A DNA stretch of 56,930 nucleotides, filler included, from Sluysia triapertura (GCA_046118255.1; 4 parts of 4 records of this genome joined end to end with filler, not necessarily neighbours in it), one strand, 5' to 3'. Counted from the whole stretch's first letter, positions 13,419 through 26,483 are shown. Numbers and translations are program-made. Notes: a model not told the origin generated them from the sequence alone.

Positions 13419-13630
13419 AGGGGAATCCCTAAAACATTATATTAGTATTAAAATCTGAAACAAAATGGGAATTCTCTGAAAATGTGTAAGCATAGTCTGG
13501 AATAATAATGGTAATTCTTAAAAATGTATGCGTATTAAAATCAAAATAATAATGGGTATTTCCTAAAAAAGTATAATTTATTTTTAAATAAACAATAACA
13601 TGAGTTCCCAAAAAATATAATTTATTTCAA
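13419..13630. repeat. Degenerate tandem repeat, unit ~45 bp, ~5 copies
   Basis: Recurring (AT)GG(G/T)(A/T)ATT(C/T)CT(A/G)AAAA...GTATTAAAATC...AATAAT. Confidence 0.7.
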
Positions 13631-15989
13631 TTAAATTAATATTTATTTAAAATAAAATTCAAAATATTAATCGAACATTGATCTTGTCAAAAAATTTGTC
13701 TTTGTTGTTTAAAAGAATTCTGATTATTCCCTTTAATCTTTTGTGTCGTCCAATCATTTCCAAATTCACAATCAGGAATTACTCTTACACAAATCATCAA
13801 AACCTCCCTTAAAGGATTAAATCGACTATAATGACCATAACAATTACATAGCATAACCTCTCAAGCGGAACATAAAAATTTGATCAACTCTTATTTTTCT
13901 TCTACTCTACTCGATCTATTTTTTCATGAATCACTTACACAGGTATTTATACCCCTAAGCGGTATATAAAATACACTATTAAGCTTTTTAATATTTTTGT
14001 AAGACAATTTTAGAAATGTCTTTAGACTAAATTTTTTAAAATATCATTTCATTTCTGTAATAATGTAATAAATCGTTGAAAAGTTAAATTTGTTTTTAAT
14101 TGTTGATATCTTGTTTAGCTTCAATAAAGTTAAAATCATTCATACATAATTAAGTTTTTTGAAAAGGCTATTTTAAACAAGCCTTTAAAGTACAAGTCCT
14201 ATTTTAAACAAGGACTTAAAATAATCTAATAATTATTATCTGCAGTAGGTGAATAGATTATAATTAATCAAGCGACTTGTTGACCTTTGTACTCAAGTTC
14301 TTAAGTATTGTACTATATGCGAACTCTTAATTTTAAATTTTTTAGAAACCACAGCATATGGAAACATTAAACCATATTAAAAATTACTATAGAAAACACC
14401 AATAGCGAGAACTATATAGCAGAATGTGATTAACCATTACATGAATAAAATTAGCTATAGAGACAGAAATACATAAAATAGGATTTAAAAAGTGTATTTT
14501 ATAATAGAGCAAAATAAAATTGATAGAAAGAAATTGATTTTGAGAAAATTATTACATAATTTTTTTACATTATTATTATATTATTGTTTAGTGCCACAAT
14601 TTGTGCAACTGAAAAGCTCGAACTCTAATAGAAATTACACTTCCGTCTCTGTTAAATAAGAGACGAGTCAAAATTACTCACTATAAGTTGAAATTGTAAT
14701 TTGATAAATTTTTCGTAAGTGCCAACATTCTATTAAATTTAATATATAGTTAATTAAAATAAATTTTAATAATTTCAAAAAATTCAATTTTGATTTAATT
14801 TATTAATCCAATAATAACAATACTATAATAAGTATTGGATCATTTTTTATTTTCCCCACAAAATTTAATTTTTAATAAAATAATTGATTTTAAAATTGTT
14901 TTTCAATTAAATATCTTTAAGTTTATAAAAATTTTTATCTCAATGAAACCTGATCAATTTGAGCGGCTTGCATAAAACTAGACACAAATATGTTTATTTA
15001 TTATTTAATGAATAATAACTATATCTCTAACGAAAAGGAATGCTACTTGATATGGTTTCCTAATTAAAGCCTACAATTACAATTGCTTTGATAATTATTG
15101 ATTTCACCTGTGATCCGAGTCTTACACAATTAATGACTCGTTCAGAAGATTTTAAAGATAAAATAATTAAATGAGGTCGAATATTTAAATACAGAAATTT
15201 TATAACCTTTTAAAGATTGTGTAATTCATAGAATCAAGTAGAATATTATATTTAGAACGATAAAGTTTGATAAAGTTGTGTAGATTTGGGTTGAGTTCGT
15301 TAACTCGTTAGAGTTATTTTTCTAGCTTCAGCTAGTTTAAATTAAATATATATAAACTAGGACGAAAAATAATATATTATTGTCGTATTTGATCCAACGT
15401 GAAAAGATTTATAAAAGCGACTTATTTTACAAAAATCCTAGTAGTTTTTAATCATATTAAAATGATATATTAAAAATGATGCGCGAAGTTTGTACAACTG
15501 AAAAGTAATTATAAATTTTAGGTTTTAAAAATGATTTTGACATATATTGGGTCTCTTAGCCAATATCAAAATAGCACCCTAGTTTTATAAGTTGTGAAAG
15601 GTCGTAAGCCTCTTTAAAGTTTATAATGAAGTACGAAAACGTTAAGCCAATTTATAAGATTGAATCTCTTAAAATGTATAAGTAATGCGCAGTGTAGCGC
15701 TTTTTACATAGTGAAATACAGTACTCTTTTGATTGGCCAACGCACGTACTCTTTATTGGTTTAGACCAAAATTGTGTGTGCACTCTTCATTTAAAATAAT
15801 TGGGTGATTAATTTGATCTTGTGCACTCTTTACACAACTTATTACAAATAAATACATTACGTACACTTTATACCAAATACTAATGAGTAATTGAATAATT
15901 CTAGGTTATAATATTACAATATTATTTTTTCAATTTTATTATTATTATTGTTATTAAGATGCCAATTCTTTTTCTAGATCCAACAAACT

Positions 15990-16600
15990 ACTGTGATTTT
16001 ATAACGAAGTTTTTAACATATATAAAACAATAGATACATTTTTTTCATGGCGCTTTATGAATAATGGTTGAATTAAATATAGAATATTTTTCCACAAAAA
16101 AAGGATTATTTTTTGAAGACGTTCTTTAGATGCTTCCCTTAGTTCTGTAAATAAAGTTTTAATTAAATTAAAAAATAAAATTCCCAGATTAAACTTTTCT
16201 AATAACAAACTGAATGGACGAAATAATATTCAAGTACATGAGACAATGATTAATTATAAAGGCAAAAGCCATCGTGGCAGATTATCTCATAAAACTTATT
16301 CTTTGTGCATTGTTGAAGAGAGAATATTTTAAAGTTTTTTTGCAATGAAGAAACTAATCAGGTTTTGTTATCTGGACGGCTGAACATAAATCTTACTCTA
16401 ATTTAGCTGATTATAACTATTACCATGGAATTATGTGTCATAAATATGAATTCTACTAATGGAATAAACACACAAGCTTTCGAATCCATAATGAAATGAT
16501 ATTCGAAATCAAAGAAAAGTTTCACTGAAAATAGACAAAAGTTTTTAGATGAATTTTGTTTATATTTCAATAACTGATCAGGTTTTTTTAATGTTGTACT
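15990..16600 (+). mobile_element. Degenerate Merlin/ISXO2 (IS1595-family) transposase
   Basis: IQVHETMINYKGKSHRGR...SLCIVE (from 16228), IWTAEHKSYSNL...HGIMCHKYEF (from 16370) and NGINTQAFES match Merlin VQIDETM.NYK.KSHRGR / IWTDEH.SY / VCHKYEF / GVNTQAVES. The first two catalytic Asp are mutated, and there are stops and an internal deletion. Confidence 0.88.
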
Positions 16601-18333
16601 AAATTTGATTAAATTATAGTTCAAATTATTTTATTTTATCACATTTCTAAAAATTAAACATTTTATTATTTTGAAGATTTTTAAAATATATGTGTATGTT
16701 TGTGAAACTGAAAATAACAGATACAACGGAATTATTAAATTAATTTCGCATAAGCGAGAAAATAATTTTTGTAATTAATATATAAGCAGTCAAATTTTAA
16801 ATAACAGATACAACAATTTTTGTATATTTTATTGATAGTATTTGGTTGAAAAACCAATATTATCATATCTATTACACAACCGCGTGAAATTGTTTATTCA
16901 ACAAAATCAACTGCGCAATCGCCTATTCAATTAATTACTAATCCCATGATCAATTGTTCGATTTACTACAACTATCTGGCAATATCCCAACCCGACAATA
17001 TTCTTGGTTTTCTAATATTCCCATCATTACGTTATTTGTTAGACAGTTTTAAATAAATTGTGTAAAAGACATTAACCAAATTGACATTAACACGATACAC
17101 GATAATTCAAATTTGAAAACTTGCTCGTTAAGCAATTAAAATCCTACATGTGCACTTTTTAAGCATGTAGGATTAAACTATACTATAGGTGAACATGTAA
17201 TATATTAATTTATTTTTGCAACACTAAGAAAAAAATCTAGCAATATAATACATTTCAAAAATAATCTAAAATAAATTAATTGAAATACATGTCGATATCA
17301 GTAACTTGAAAATCCATTAATTTAAAACCTACGTACGACTGTAAATATATTTTGAAATAAATAACAAATTTCACTTTAAGACAAAATAACATTTTTAAAA
17401 ATCTTCACAAAGAGTGCAGTATAATTTATTGCTAGTGTTTTTCCTAACTACTTTGCAAAATATATTAAAATAATAAGGTTCGTCTACGATTAACGGTTTA
17501 TGCTTAATTAATCGTTCCCGTAGGATTTTATCGAATTTTATAGATGGTCAAAAGATTTCCTTCTATTGATAAACTTGCTATTTCGTCAATGGAGTTTAAT
17601 GGAGTTATTCACCTTAATGTCTATTAACGTTTTATTTTCTGTCGTTTTTAATATAATTCTGGCAATTTCTTAGTAAATTTATTAATTCTGAAGGTTGAAT
17701 CCTTTGTTATCTTTCCTCAATAGTCAATAGAAATTATTCTTACAATATTCCTCACTGTTAATTTTTTAGTGAAACAATATTAAAATTTCGATCAACCTTT
17801 GATTAATTAACTTTCTAAAAAATTATTTTTAGAAGTTTAAGTTCTTTAGATTACAAAAATTTTCTTTATGATTAATGTCAAATGTTTTCTTTGATTTATA
17901 ATTTTCTTTTTCACTATGTTTTAAGTTAAACTTTTTATTATTTGAACTTTAGTTTTAGTATTAACTATCTTTATTTCTTATCACTTTCAAATATTAATTT
18001 ATTAACACAATTTAATAATACCACCAGAATATCTTAATAAAAATGCAACTTTTCTCCTGGTTTGACACGGTCACAAAAACGTAGCTGTCGTCGTAAGGAA
18101 TAGAAGATTCTACAAACAAGCTGGATTATATAAAAATATCAAAGGTTAAGGAAGAATCAATTCTTAAAGAAGAATAACAAATAATTAAATTTCTTTCCAT
18201 TCTGTTTCTTTGTTTCCTAAAATACCTAAGAATTTATTAGAATATTAATAAAGAAATGAACTGACGATTATTTTTCATTGTTAACAATTTTTACATATTT
18301 TATGAATTATTCTTATATTTAGAAAAAACTATA

Positions 18334-19691
18334 ATGTCGGATTATCCACATGCACATATAATGAACAATATTAATTCCTTCTATAATGGAATAGATAGAT
18401 TTTGCAGTAACAATGATGCTCCATTTACATTCTTAGATTCAAAATCAACTCCGAATTTTCTCAAAAATGAAATGGATTTGCATTTTATTACTTATCGTTA
18501 TGGAATGAATACTATACAACCACCATTGAACATTCAAACATTAGAAGTTTTTCCAATATGTAAACGCTTAATTTTAATAGCAGCAGCTAAAGGAGCACTG
18601 AAAGTAACTTTATTAATTAATAGTTTGCCTCCACATTCTCGTATACAAGGATTTTCTTCTCTAGTTATTAGAAAAATAACAGAAAAATTTAGAATTCAAG
18701 TAGAAACTGAAGAACTACCAACAACATTTGCTATTCTTTTTGAGAAACTGATGGATATAATGGATTTAACATATTTTCCATTATTATATGAATCAGATAT
18801 TGATAAAGTATACAACTGACAAGGTCCAACTTATACACATTTACTACATGAAGATATAGCTAATGAGAATAATTGAATTTTTGTTGCAATCAATTTAGCT
18901 CTGGATTTCCATGACAAACATCAAATTATCCGAGCTTGTTTCAAATCATATCATAAACGGTTCCATTCTGAAGAACTTATAAAACCAAGGACGAGAATTA
19001 AGAATTTTATTACAATGGCACACGGATTACGTGAGAATGATTTAAAGGATACGAAGGATATTGCAGAAATAAGAAAGTTTTGGTTAATTACATGGTATGA
19101 TAAGGTACTCATAGCCTGCCCACCTGAATTCATTATTAAGACATTTCAAATACATTTTGGATCGCTACGTGGCATTGTCAATTTAACCCGCACAAATTTG
19201 GTATCATACTCATCATTTCATCCATCAAACCGTGCTAGAATAGTACTTTTGTACCCATTTCCACCAAGAGATATTTGTACAACATTAGCTCAGGATTAGT
19301 TATCACTTTTTAATTTAATCAGACAAAAACATGCATCATTTTTACCGCAAATAATTAATATACAATTAGATGATCAGGCTCCATCTACTTCTAAATCTTA
19401 TTCTTCATTACATAATACAAATTCTGTACTGAATCATTTACATACAGGCATGAAACATAAAAACATAACACTAACTATGGTCAATGATGAGGATAACGAT
19501 AGATTGGTAAGAAACTTAAACTGGAAGACTCGAAAGATGATAAACTATTTGGATGGAAGGTAATGGACGGTGACAATCCTACATTTTCATGTAATCTTCA
19601 TGATGAAAATAACTTTGATATTACAATTCTAGATCCTGATGACGACGATTATTTTAACTATGAGGACACTATCAACATCACAGATATTTAA
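18334..19691 (+). pseudogene. ~450-codon intronless disrupted ORF of unknown family with an acidic C-tail
   Basis: ORFs 18334-18819 and 19015-19299 share one frame, which stays open apart from TGA 18817, TGA 18874 and TAG 19297. One frameshift near 19510 leads into ...ILDPDDDDYFNYEDTINITDI* (TAA 19689-91). Confidence 0.6.
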
Positions 19692-20854
19692 TTCTGTTTA
19701 CGCGATTTCAATTGTTAACTTTTTATGATTTTTATAATTTCAATTATAATTTTCCCTAATAGGAAAGTTATATGTAAATGCATTTTAATTTTAATGTAAA
19801 AATTTATAATTATTAAATTATTATATTTTTATTTTTGAAATAATATTTATTATTAAATTATTTTGAAATATTACTTATTTAAATTATACTTTTACTAAAA
19901 TTAAGTATAAATAGTGATATGAATTAACGAATGTCACCAAAAAAAATTGGACTTTAGAAAATTAAATGTGACCTTCGAGTTTTTTGAATTATAAATTTTT
20001 GAAGTCAGTAATTTATTAATTTAAAGTCAAGTCATCATTTATTGAATAAATTAAAATTTTTGAAATCAAGTGAAGAAATTTATAATTATTGGAAGGTAAA
20101 GAATATTATTTATAATATCAAGAAAATTTATTAATTATCAAGCGGAACGAATCATTTATTCGTTAGTTCATTAAAATTATTTTGATAAAAGATAACATAA
20201 TTTTAATGTAAATAGCAAAATATCATTTGCACATATAAATTAAATTAAAGAACATTATTATTAATTTAAAAATATTATATTAATATTCCTACTATTTTAT
20301 GATTAATGAACATTGCCTTACATTATTGAATTCTATTAATTGATTTCGCTATACATTATTAAATTTTAATTTATTAATATTGCTTTACGATTAATTAACC
20401 TAATTATATCTTGTTTTATTAAGACATTAATTTTATTAAAGTCAATTATACTATTAATATGTTATAAATATATAAATAAACTTATTCTTCCTTGTTTTTA
20501 TTGAGTTTAGAGTAATTATTGCAAATAATCAGAAAATTTTGCATAAAAATTTGACAAACTTTATTGAATCCAAGGTACCTAAATAACGTTCGACACGTTA
20601 TTGACCTCCAATTTTCTTCATATTCTTTTTCTTGACGCTACAAATCTATGTGCTGGACTTTTAGTGAGTAAGTCCAGTATCATAGAGAACTCACCATAAA
20701 TACACAAATCAAAGCAGGAAAGTTTCATAAAAATACAAAAATAAAATAATTTCTACCTAACATAACCTAACTAGCAAAAAGCTGAACATAATATAGCAAA
20801 CATAACATAATCAAACAATTTAACATATTATAACTAAAAAGTTTCACATATTAT

Positions 20855-20940
20855 AATATTAGAAAATATTAGAAAATATTAGAAATAATATTAGAAATAT
20901 TAGAAATATTAGAAATATTAAAATATTAGAAAATAATATT
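20855..20940. repeat. Short tandem repeat (AATATTAGAA[A])n
   Basis: About 8 units, directly visible. Confidence 0.9.
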
Positions 20941-21378
20941 CTAAAGATTTTTAATAATTTTAAACGAGATTAATTAAACGAGTGTAAATACCTCGAAAAC
21001 TGAGACAAAACTTACAAACTTTTCCCGTAAAATTAAACTGAATTGATGATAACAAAATCTATCAATTGTGAATATTTTTTATGACAGTAATTTTTGATAA
21101 CAGTATCCGAAATAAATGTATGTTTAATAATCTTGGGATACTTTCTTTACAAGTAACCACAGCAAGAAATTCTGAGTCAGTTCACCTGATAGATACGACT
21201 TATACCTGAAAAGAGGCGATCTATTAGGATTTTGGTCAAATGATTCTATGAAAATAAATATTCACTTAAGCTCGACACCTATCTATCAAAGTTATATTTT
21301 ACCAAATTCAAATTATGGTTTGTGCCTCACAAATTATTATATCAACACTATTAGCACTTATCAAATATATTAAATTAC

Positions 21379-21554
21379 TTGAACTAGCCGATTTAAGGTC
21401 TAGTTTATTTATCAGAAAACTCAAATTGAGCTAGCCGTGCTATGGTCTAGCAAAATAAAACAATAATTTATAAATTGAGTTAGCCTAATTAAGGTCTAAC
21501 TAAAAACTCTTCTAAAATATTTTAAACGTTAAGTTAGCCGTATAAGGTCTAACT
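21379..21554. repeat. Array of four imperfect palindromes, RYTAG-CC-N6/7-GG-T-CTARY, ~50 bp period
   Basis: Units at 21382-21405, 21430-21451, 21478-21501 and 21532-21554, separated by dissimilar A-rich spacers. Confidence 0.9.
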
Positions 21555-21713
21555 GAAAAATCTCAAGTAAAATAATTGCTGGACACACTAAAATATATTA
21601 TACAAAAACTCGCTAAAACACGTATACAAAAGAAAACAAAACCAAAAATATAATAAAAATAATTATTTTATTTCAAAGCACTCAGAGAAGTGTTACTCTG
21701 GCGTTTGTTTTAA

Positions 21714-21813
21714 NNNNNNNNNNNNNNNNNNNNNNNNNNNNNNNNNNNNNNNNNNNNTTAATTAATTAANNNNNNNNNNNNNNNNNNNNNNNNNNNNNNN
21801 NNNNNNNNNNNNN
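21714..21813. other. Artificial contig spacer N44-TTAATTAATTAA-N44
   Basis: 100 bp, with stops in all six frames; identical at three sites. Confidence 0.97.
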
Positions 21814-22354
21814 CTTTGCTACAGATGAAATTTTTGAATTAGTATTTCCAGTTTAAAAACATACAGAGCAACCGCTCTATTTTTTAATTTCAGGACTGAA
21901 TAATTTTTATTTTCAACTTTTGACATATTTTCATGTGTATCAAGCGTGTCCTCTGACAATTTAAAATAAAGTTTAATAGATTATTAATTTTAATAAAACA
22001 TCTGAATAACTTAGCAGCTTGTGTAAGTTTTAATTAATTTTGTTAATAAAAATACGCCATTTTTTTCAAAAACATTGTCTGCATTTATAACTTATTACTG
22101 TTATTTTAGTTTTTTATATATGAAAAAAACTGTTTAACTAAGGTTTCTTATATATAAATAACATGTAAAAATATATTCAAAACAGTAACGAATATTAGTA
22201 TATATAGTATATGTACTACTTTTTATTAATGAGAGACTATTATTTTAGAAACTATCTGTGTTGTTTTGTCTTTTTAATTATCACAATTTAATTTTTATTC
22301 ATAAATCTAGAAATAAATATTTAAAATCGTTTTTTCTAAATTACATAAAGTTAA

Positions 22355-22567
22355 CCCTTTTGCTGCACTACATGTACATATTCGTAAAAATAATGTCTCA
22401 TACGCTCCAAGCCAGTATTTTCACATCATGTTTTAAAATGGTTTCCTGCTCAACACGACTATTTACGGATGGAGATCTACGAACGTATGCTGCCATGCAT
22501 ATTTGATATTTTGCAACTTTGTTTGCTTAAACATGCAAAATTGCAAATCGTGTTAATAGCGAAAGGG
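22355..22567. mobile_element. 213-bp piggyBac-type MITE
   Basis: TTAA|CCCTTTTGCT ... AGCGAAAGGG|TTAA: TIRs match 9/10, with a TTAA TSD at 22351-54 and 22568-71. Confidence 0.85.
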
Positions 22568-25500
22568 TTAATAATATATATAGTTAAGAAATAATAAAAG
22601 TAGAAATTTCTAAGAAAACGAATGAATTATATTGATTTTGAGTAATATTTTAAATACAAAGTGGCTTCCTTTGTTCTATAACCAACTTTTATCTAGCTGA
22701 ACTTTTTATATAATTGAACTTTTTGTGTTTTATAACTTTCTGACTACAATTTCTATGTTACTGAACCTCGTCATTTATAATTTTGTTTGTAACATTTTTC
22801 TTGCGACTACAGCTGATTAGTTAAGCTTTTTAAGTAATAATTTTTACCACTTCCTTTTCAAAATTAATTCATTCTTTTTCAATAATAGACCACACTTATT
22901 AATTAATGATTATCATTATCATTTCTTATTATTTTATAATTATTATATTATTATTATTATTTGAAGAAATATTATATTTATTATTTTAATTTGGATGGGA
23001 GATTATAAACCTGTTTAAAATAAGAAAGAATGAGGGCGTTTATTAAATACAAGAATTATCGACTCATAGTTTGTTTTTATAGTAATTAAAAGAGTGAAAT
23101 ACTCATTATTAAACATTATAAACATTATTAAACATGTAAATATTAACCTTACATGTCATAACCTTAACTAATTTTCACATGTAGACATACTTTTGGAAAG
23201 CTCAAATCACAGGCAAATAAGCGTATCATCATTTTATTGAAATAGCATAAATTATAAAATACAATAAGGTTCATAAAAAGTATCTAATCACAGATTTGGT
23301 GTACTCTTTTGTGTCTATACACCCTAGGAAGTTCTATTTTGATTTTCTACAATGTTAAAATGTAAATCATGTTGTTCAAAATATAGATGCGTTAATTATT
23401 TTATTGTACTTAAATAGTACATTAACAGCGGTAAGATTAACGTCATTGTTTGTAATATATTTCAGAGTTTCGTCTTGCAACACCAGACGTAACATAACTA
23501 TTAAAGTTCTTAGTGTAAAAATATCATCACTTACAGCATCACCTACACACACACACACACACAAAAGCTTCATCTTAAATACATATTATAACGCACTTCA
23601 TATATATCATTACACAACATCATACCAATTCCCACATATCCATTACAAAACATAAATAACTCTGAATTTCCTGTTTTACTTAATAACGTTATTAAATAGT
23701 AGCCTTTATTATAGTAAACTCATAAAAGTTTTAAATATATCTAATCTATCTCTTTCGTTTATTGACACGACTGGATTACGATGTTTTGTAAAATAATTAT
23801 AAACTACGATTGACATTATTATTATGGTTACCACTATGGTTAACGCTTAAAAGATATCGACATTCAATATTAAAGCTATGTTTTAATTCTTTAAAATGTT
23901 CCGACAATGTTTTGATATATTTCATTCATCTGTTTTGGACAATGAGGATGTGAATGGATAATAAAAAGCATTTAGTTGTATGTGATTTAGATGATTCTAG
24001 TTTGTCGAGTAATAGCGTTGAAAACACAGTCAGACGTTTAAGAAATTAATATTAATGATATACGTGCAAATGATAATATCAAAGATCTATATTCATTTTT
24101 GACAGTTGATATTGAATTGAATCAAGAATTAGAATGGCTGGTCGACTTACAAAAAATACTTTGCAGAATGTTTCTTTATAAAATATTTATAAGTGATAAA
24201 ATAATTTTAGATTTCGGCTGTATCCCTTATAATGACAAGTGCATTCTTAACAATTATCTAACTATTACGAAAAATATGATAACTATGAAGAAACGATTAC
24301 ATTTCGATTTTTCACAAATAACTACTCATCATCTTGTAATTGTCCATTTTGTTTCAAATTTCGAAGCCAATCGAAGCCAATAAAATAAATTACTATTACA
24401 TATGTAGAGAAAGATTAGATTTATTTTATTTGAAATTAAAGCTATCAGAGGTCCGTCAGTTTCAAGTTGATTAAATCTAAATCACATCACTTCAACCACA
24501 CTACCTGTTTTGCCTAACGTCATAAAGTGTTGAAAAGCTTGATAATGCAGTATGTGCTTGATTACCCGAAAAATGTTTAGATCCACTAATATTTGAAAGT
24601 CTTACTGAACCTCTAGTTTTACCACGTGGAAAAGTCATTAATCGATATACATTAATAAATTGTTGGAATTGTTGTGCTGGCCAACATTTAACCTTAATAA
24701 TTTTATTAAAATTTCACAATTCATATTTCCTATAACACTCATCCCAAGATCAACAACTCACATTTCTAAATTCACAATTTAATCCAATACAATTAAAATC
24801 ACACTCCTATGAAGACCACATAACAACTTTGTAAAAGTGTTCGCAATTATTTATATACGGTAATTCTTTTCACATTCACCAAAAAAACTCTCATTTATCA
24901 AACATTTTAAATCTTCAACCCTATAACATTTTAATCACAACCACAGTCGAAATTTATCAACAGACATTTTCAAAACAATTCAAATATTCTAAATTCATGA
25001 TCTGCATCATTTAATCCTCTACAACACTTAACGATATCACTGCATAAACAATTCAATTTAATTTCAACATCATACAATCACTTCTCGAACATACTAAAAG
25101 TTATTTTATTCACATGTACCAAATCACATCCTTTTAACTTATGAATAACTCGGGATCTATTAACATTTTCAGCTAGAAACATTATTTCAGTTAAAACATT
25201 AGGCTTAATTATAAAAAAAATTACGTAAAACTACAAAATAACATTTAAGATGTATATTAAAAAGCCTCAACACCACAAATGCATAAGTCTATAAGGTCCA
25301 TTTGCTTCTACAACTTCAAAATGTTTAGAAAATAAAATATTATAAGAAAGGTCGTGTTTTAATTACAGAAACAAAGAATTTGTGTTATTCGATTAACAAT
25401 AATAACATATTATTATTATTACCATTTTAATTTTTACCAAATTGTGGACAATCAACGGAGTAGCTACCATAAATGACAATGACATTTCAGTTTGAATGTG

Positions 25501-25815
25501 TAATTCAGTGTCATTGTTAGTGATGGTTACCATCATGATTGATTTTAACAGCAATTATTTTAGCGATGAAGCTTATCTGCTCTTATGTGACATCCAACCA
25601 GAAAAATTATCACAATATTTTCTAACAAATGATTCTGGTTGGATGACAATTCAAGGAGCACACAACAAAATTTTTTATCAACGTTAAAATTTTTTCACAA
25701 TTGTCATTACTAAATTTTGCAAATAGATCTCAATTGCTCATAATTATTTGGCAGTATTATAAACTCAATTTTTTATTAAAAATTTTATTAAAAAATTTAT
25801 AGTTTAACAACAATA

Positions 25816-26330
25816 ATGAGACGAAGAAAACGTTCCGATGATTACAGAGATCGTGGAGATAATTGTCATGATTTAAATCCATTGAAAAAATTTGATAAAA
25901 CTGTTATTGAGCTTCAAAAGTTACTTTGTCATGATTCTGTTGGTGTTTATCAGTCTAAAAATGCACAAAATTCTCGCAGTCATGAAAATGATGTAATAGA
26001 CAGAAACTATTATTCTATTCGTTTAAGTAAATTTTTTTATATCGTCTATCAAATTATGATGTAAGCAATATTATTTATCGAGAATGTGAGCAAGTTGATC
26101 CTTATTGCAATGTTAAATCCAATCTGATCTATAACAATAAAGATACTAATGTTCCAATGATGATTTTTAGTAATAATCGAAGTAATGATGATAAACGTAA
26201 TGATTATATAATATACAACTATGAAGTTAAGTCTAACTTGATTTACAACAATAAAGATATCAATGTTCCATATTTGATTTTTTGCAGGGATCAAAACAAA
26301 GTAACTGATGATAACAAAAATAATGAGTAG
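25816..26330 (+). pseudogene. ~170-codon ORF with one homopolymer frameshift and an internal 20-aa duplication
   Basis: MRRRKRSDD...RLSKFF; adding one T in the T run at 26032-38 continues LYRLSNY...NVKSNLIYNNKDTNVPMMIF...EVKSNLIYNNKDINVPYLIF...NNE*. The two copies differ mostly at synonymous sites. Confidence 0.6.
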
Positions 26331-26483
26331 ATGAAATTTCATTATTGTATTATTATTTTATTTACTAATATTATACTACCATTACTGCTATCACTACTAC
26401 TACTGAGTTGCGACTCCCATCACCACCGTTGCTGTGGTTTCTGAAATTAAAAAAGATATAAAATACATTAATATTAAATAAAA
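26315..26483. repeat. ~170-bp direct repeat, copy 1
   Basis: Closely similar to 27433-27599. Confidence 0.95.

Noticed and set aside
21379-21554. CRISPR array or integron attC sites (GTCTAAC...GTTAGCC)
   Set aside because: Eukaryotic context, no cas or integrase gene, repeat centres vary, and cassettes would be only ~20 bp. Kept as a hairpin array instead.
21758-21769. Thrice-repeated TTAATTAATTAA as a biological motif
   Set aside because: Always centred in N44 flanks; an assembly linker.
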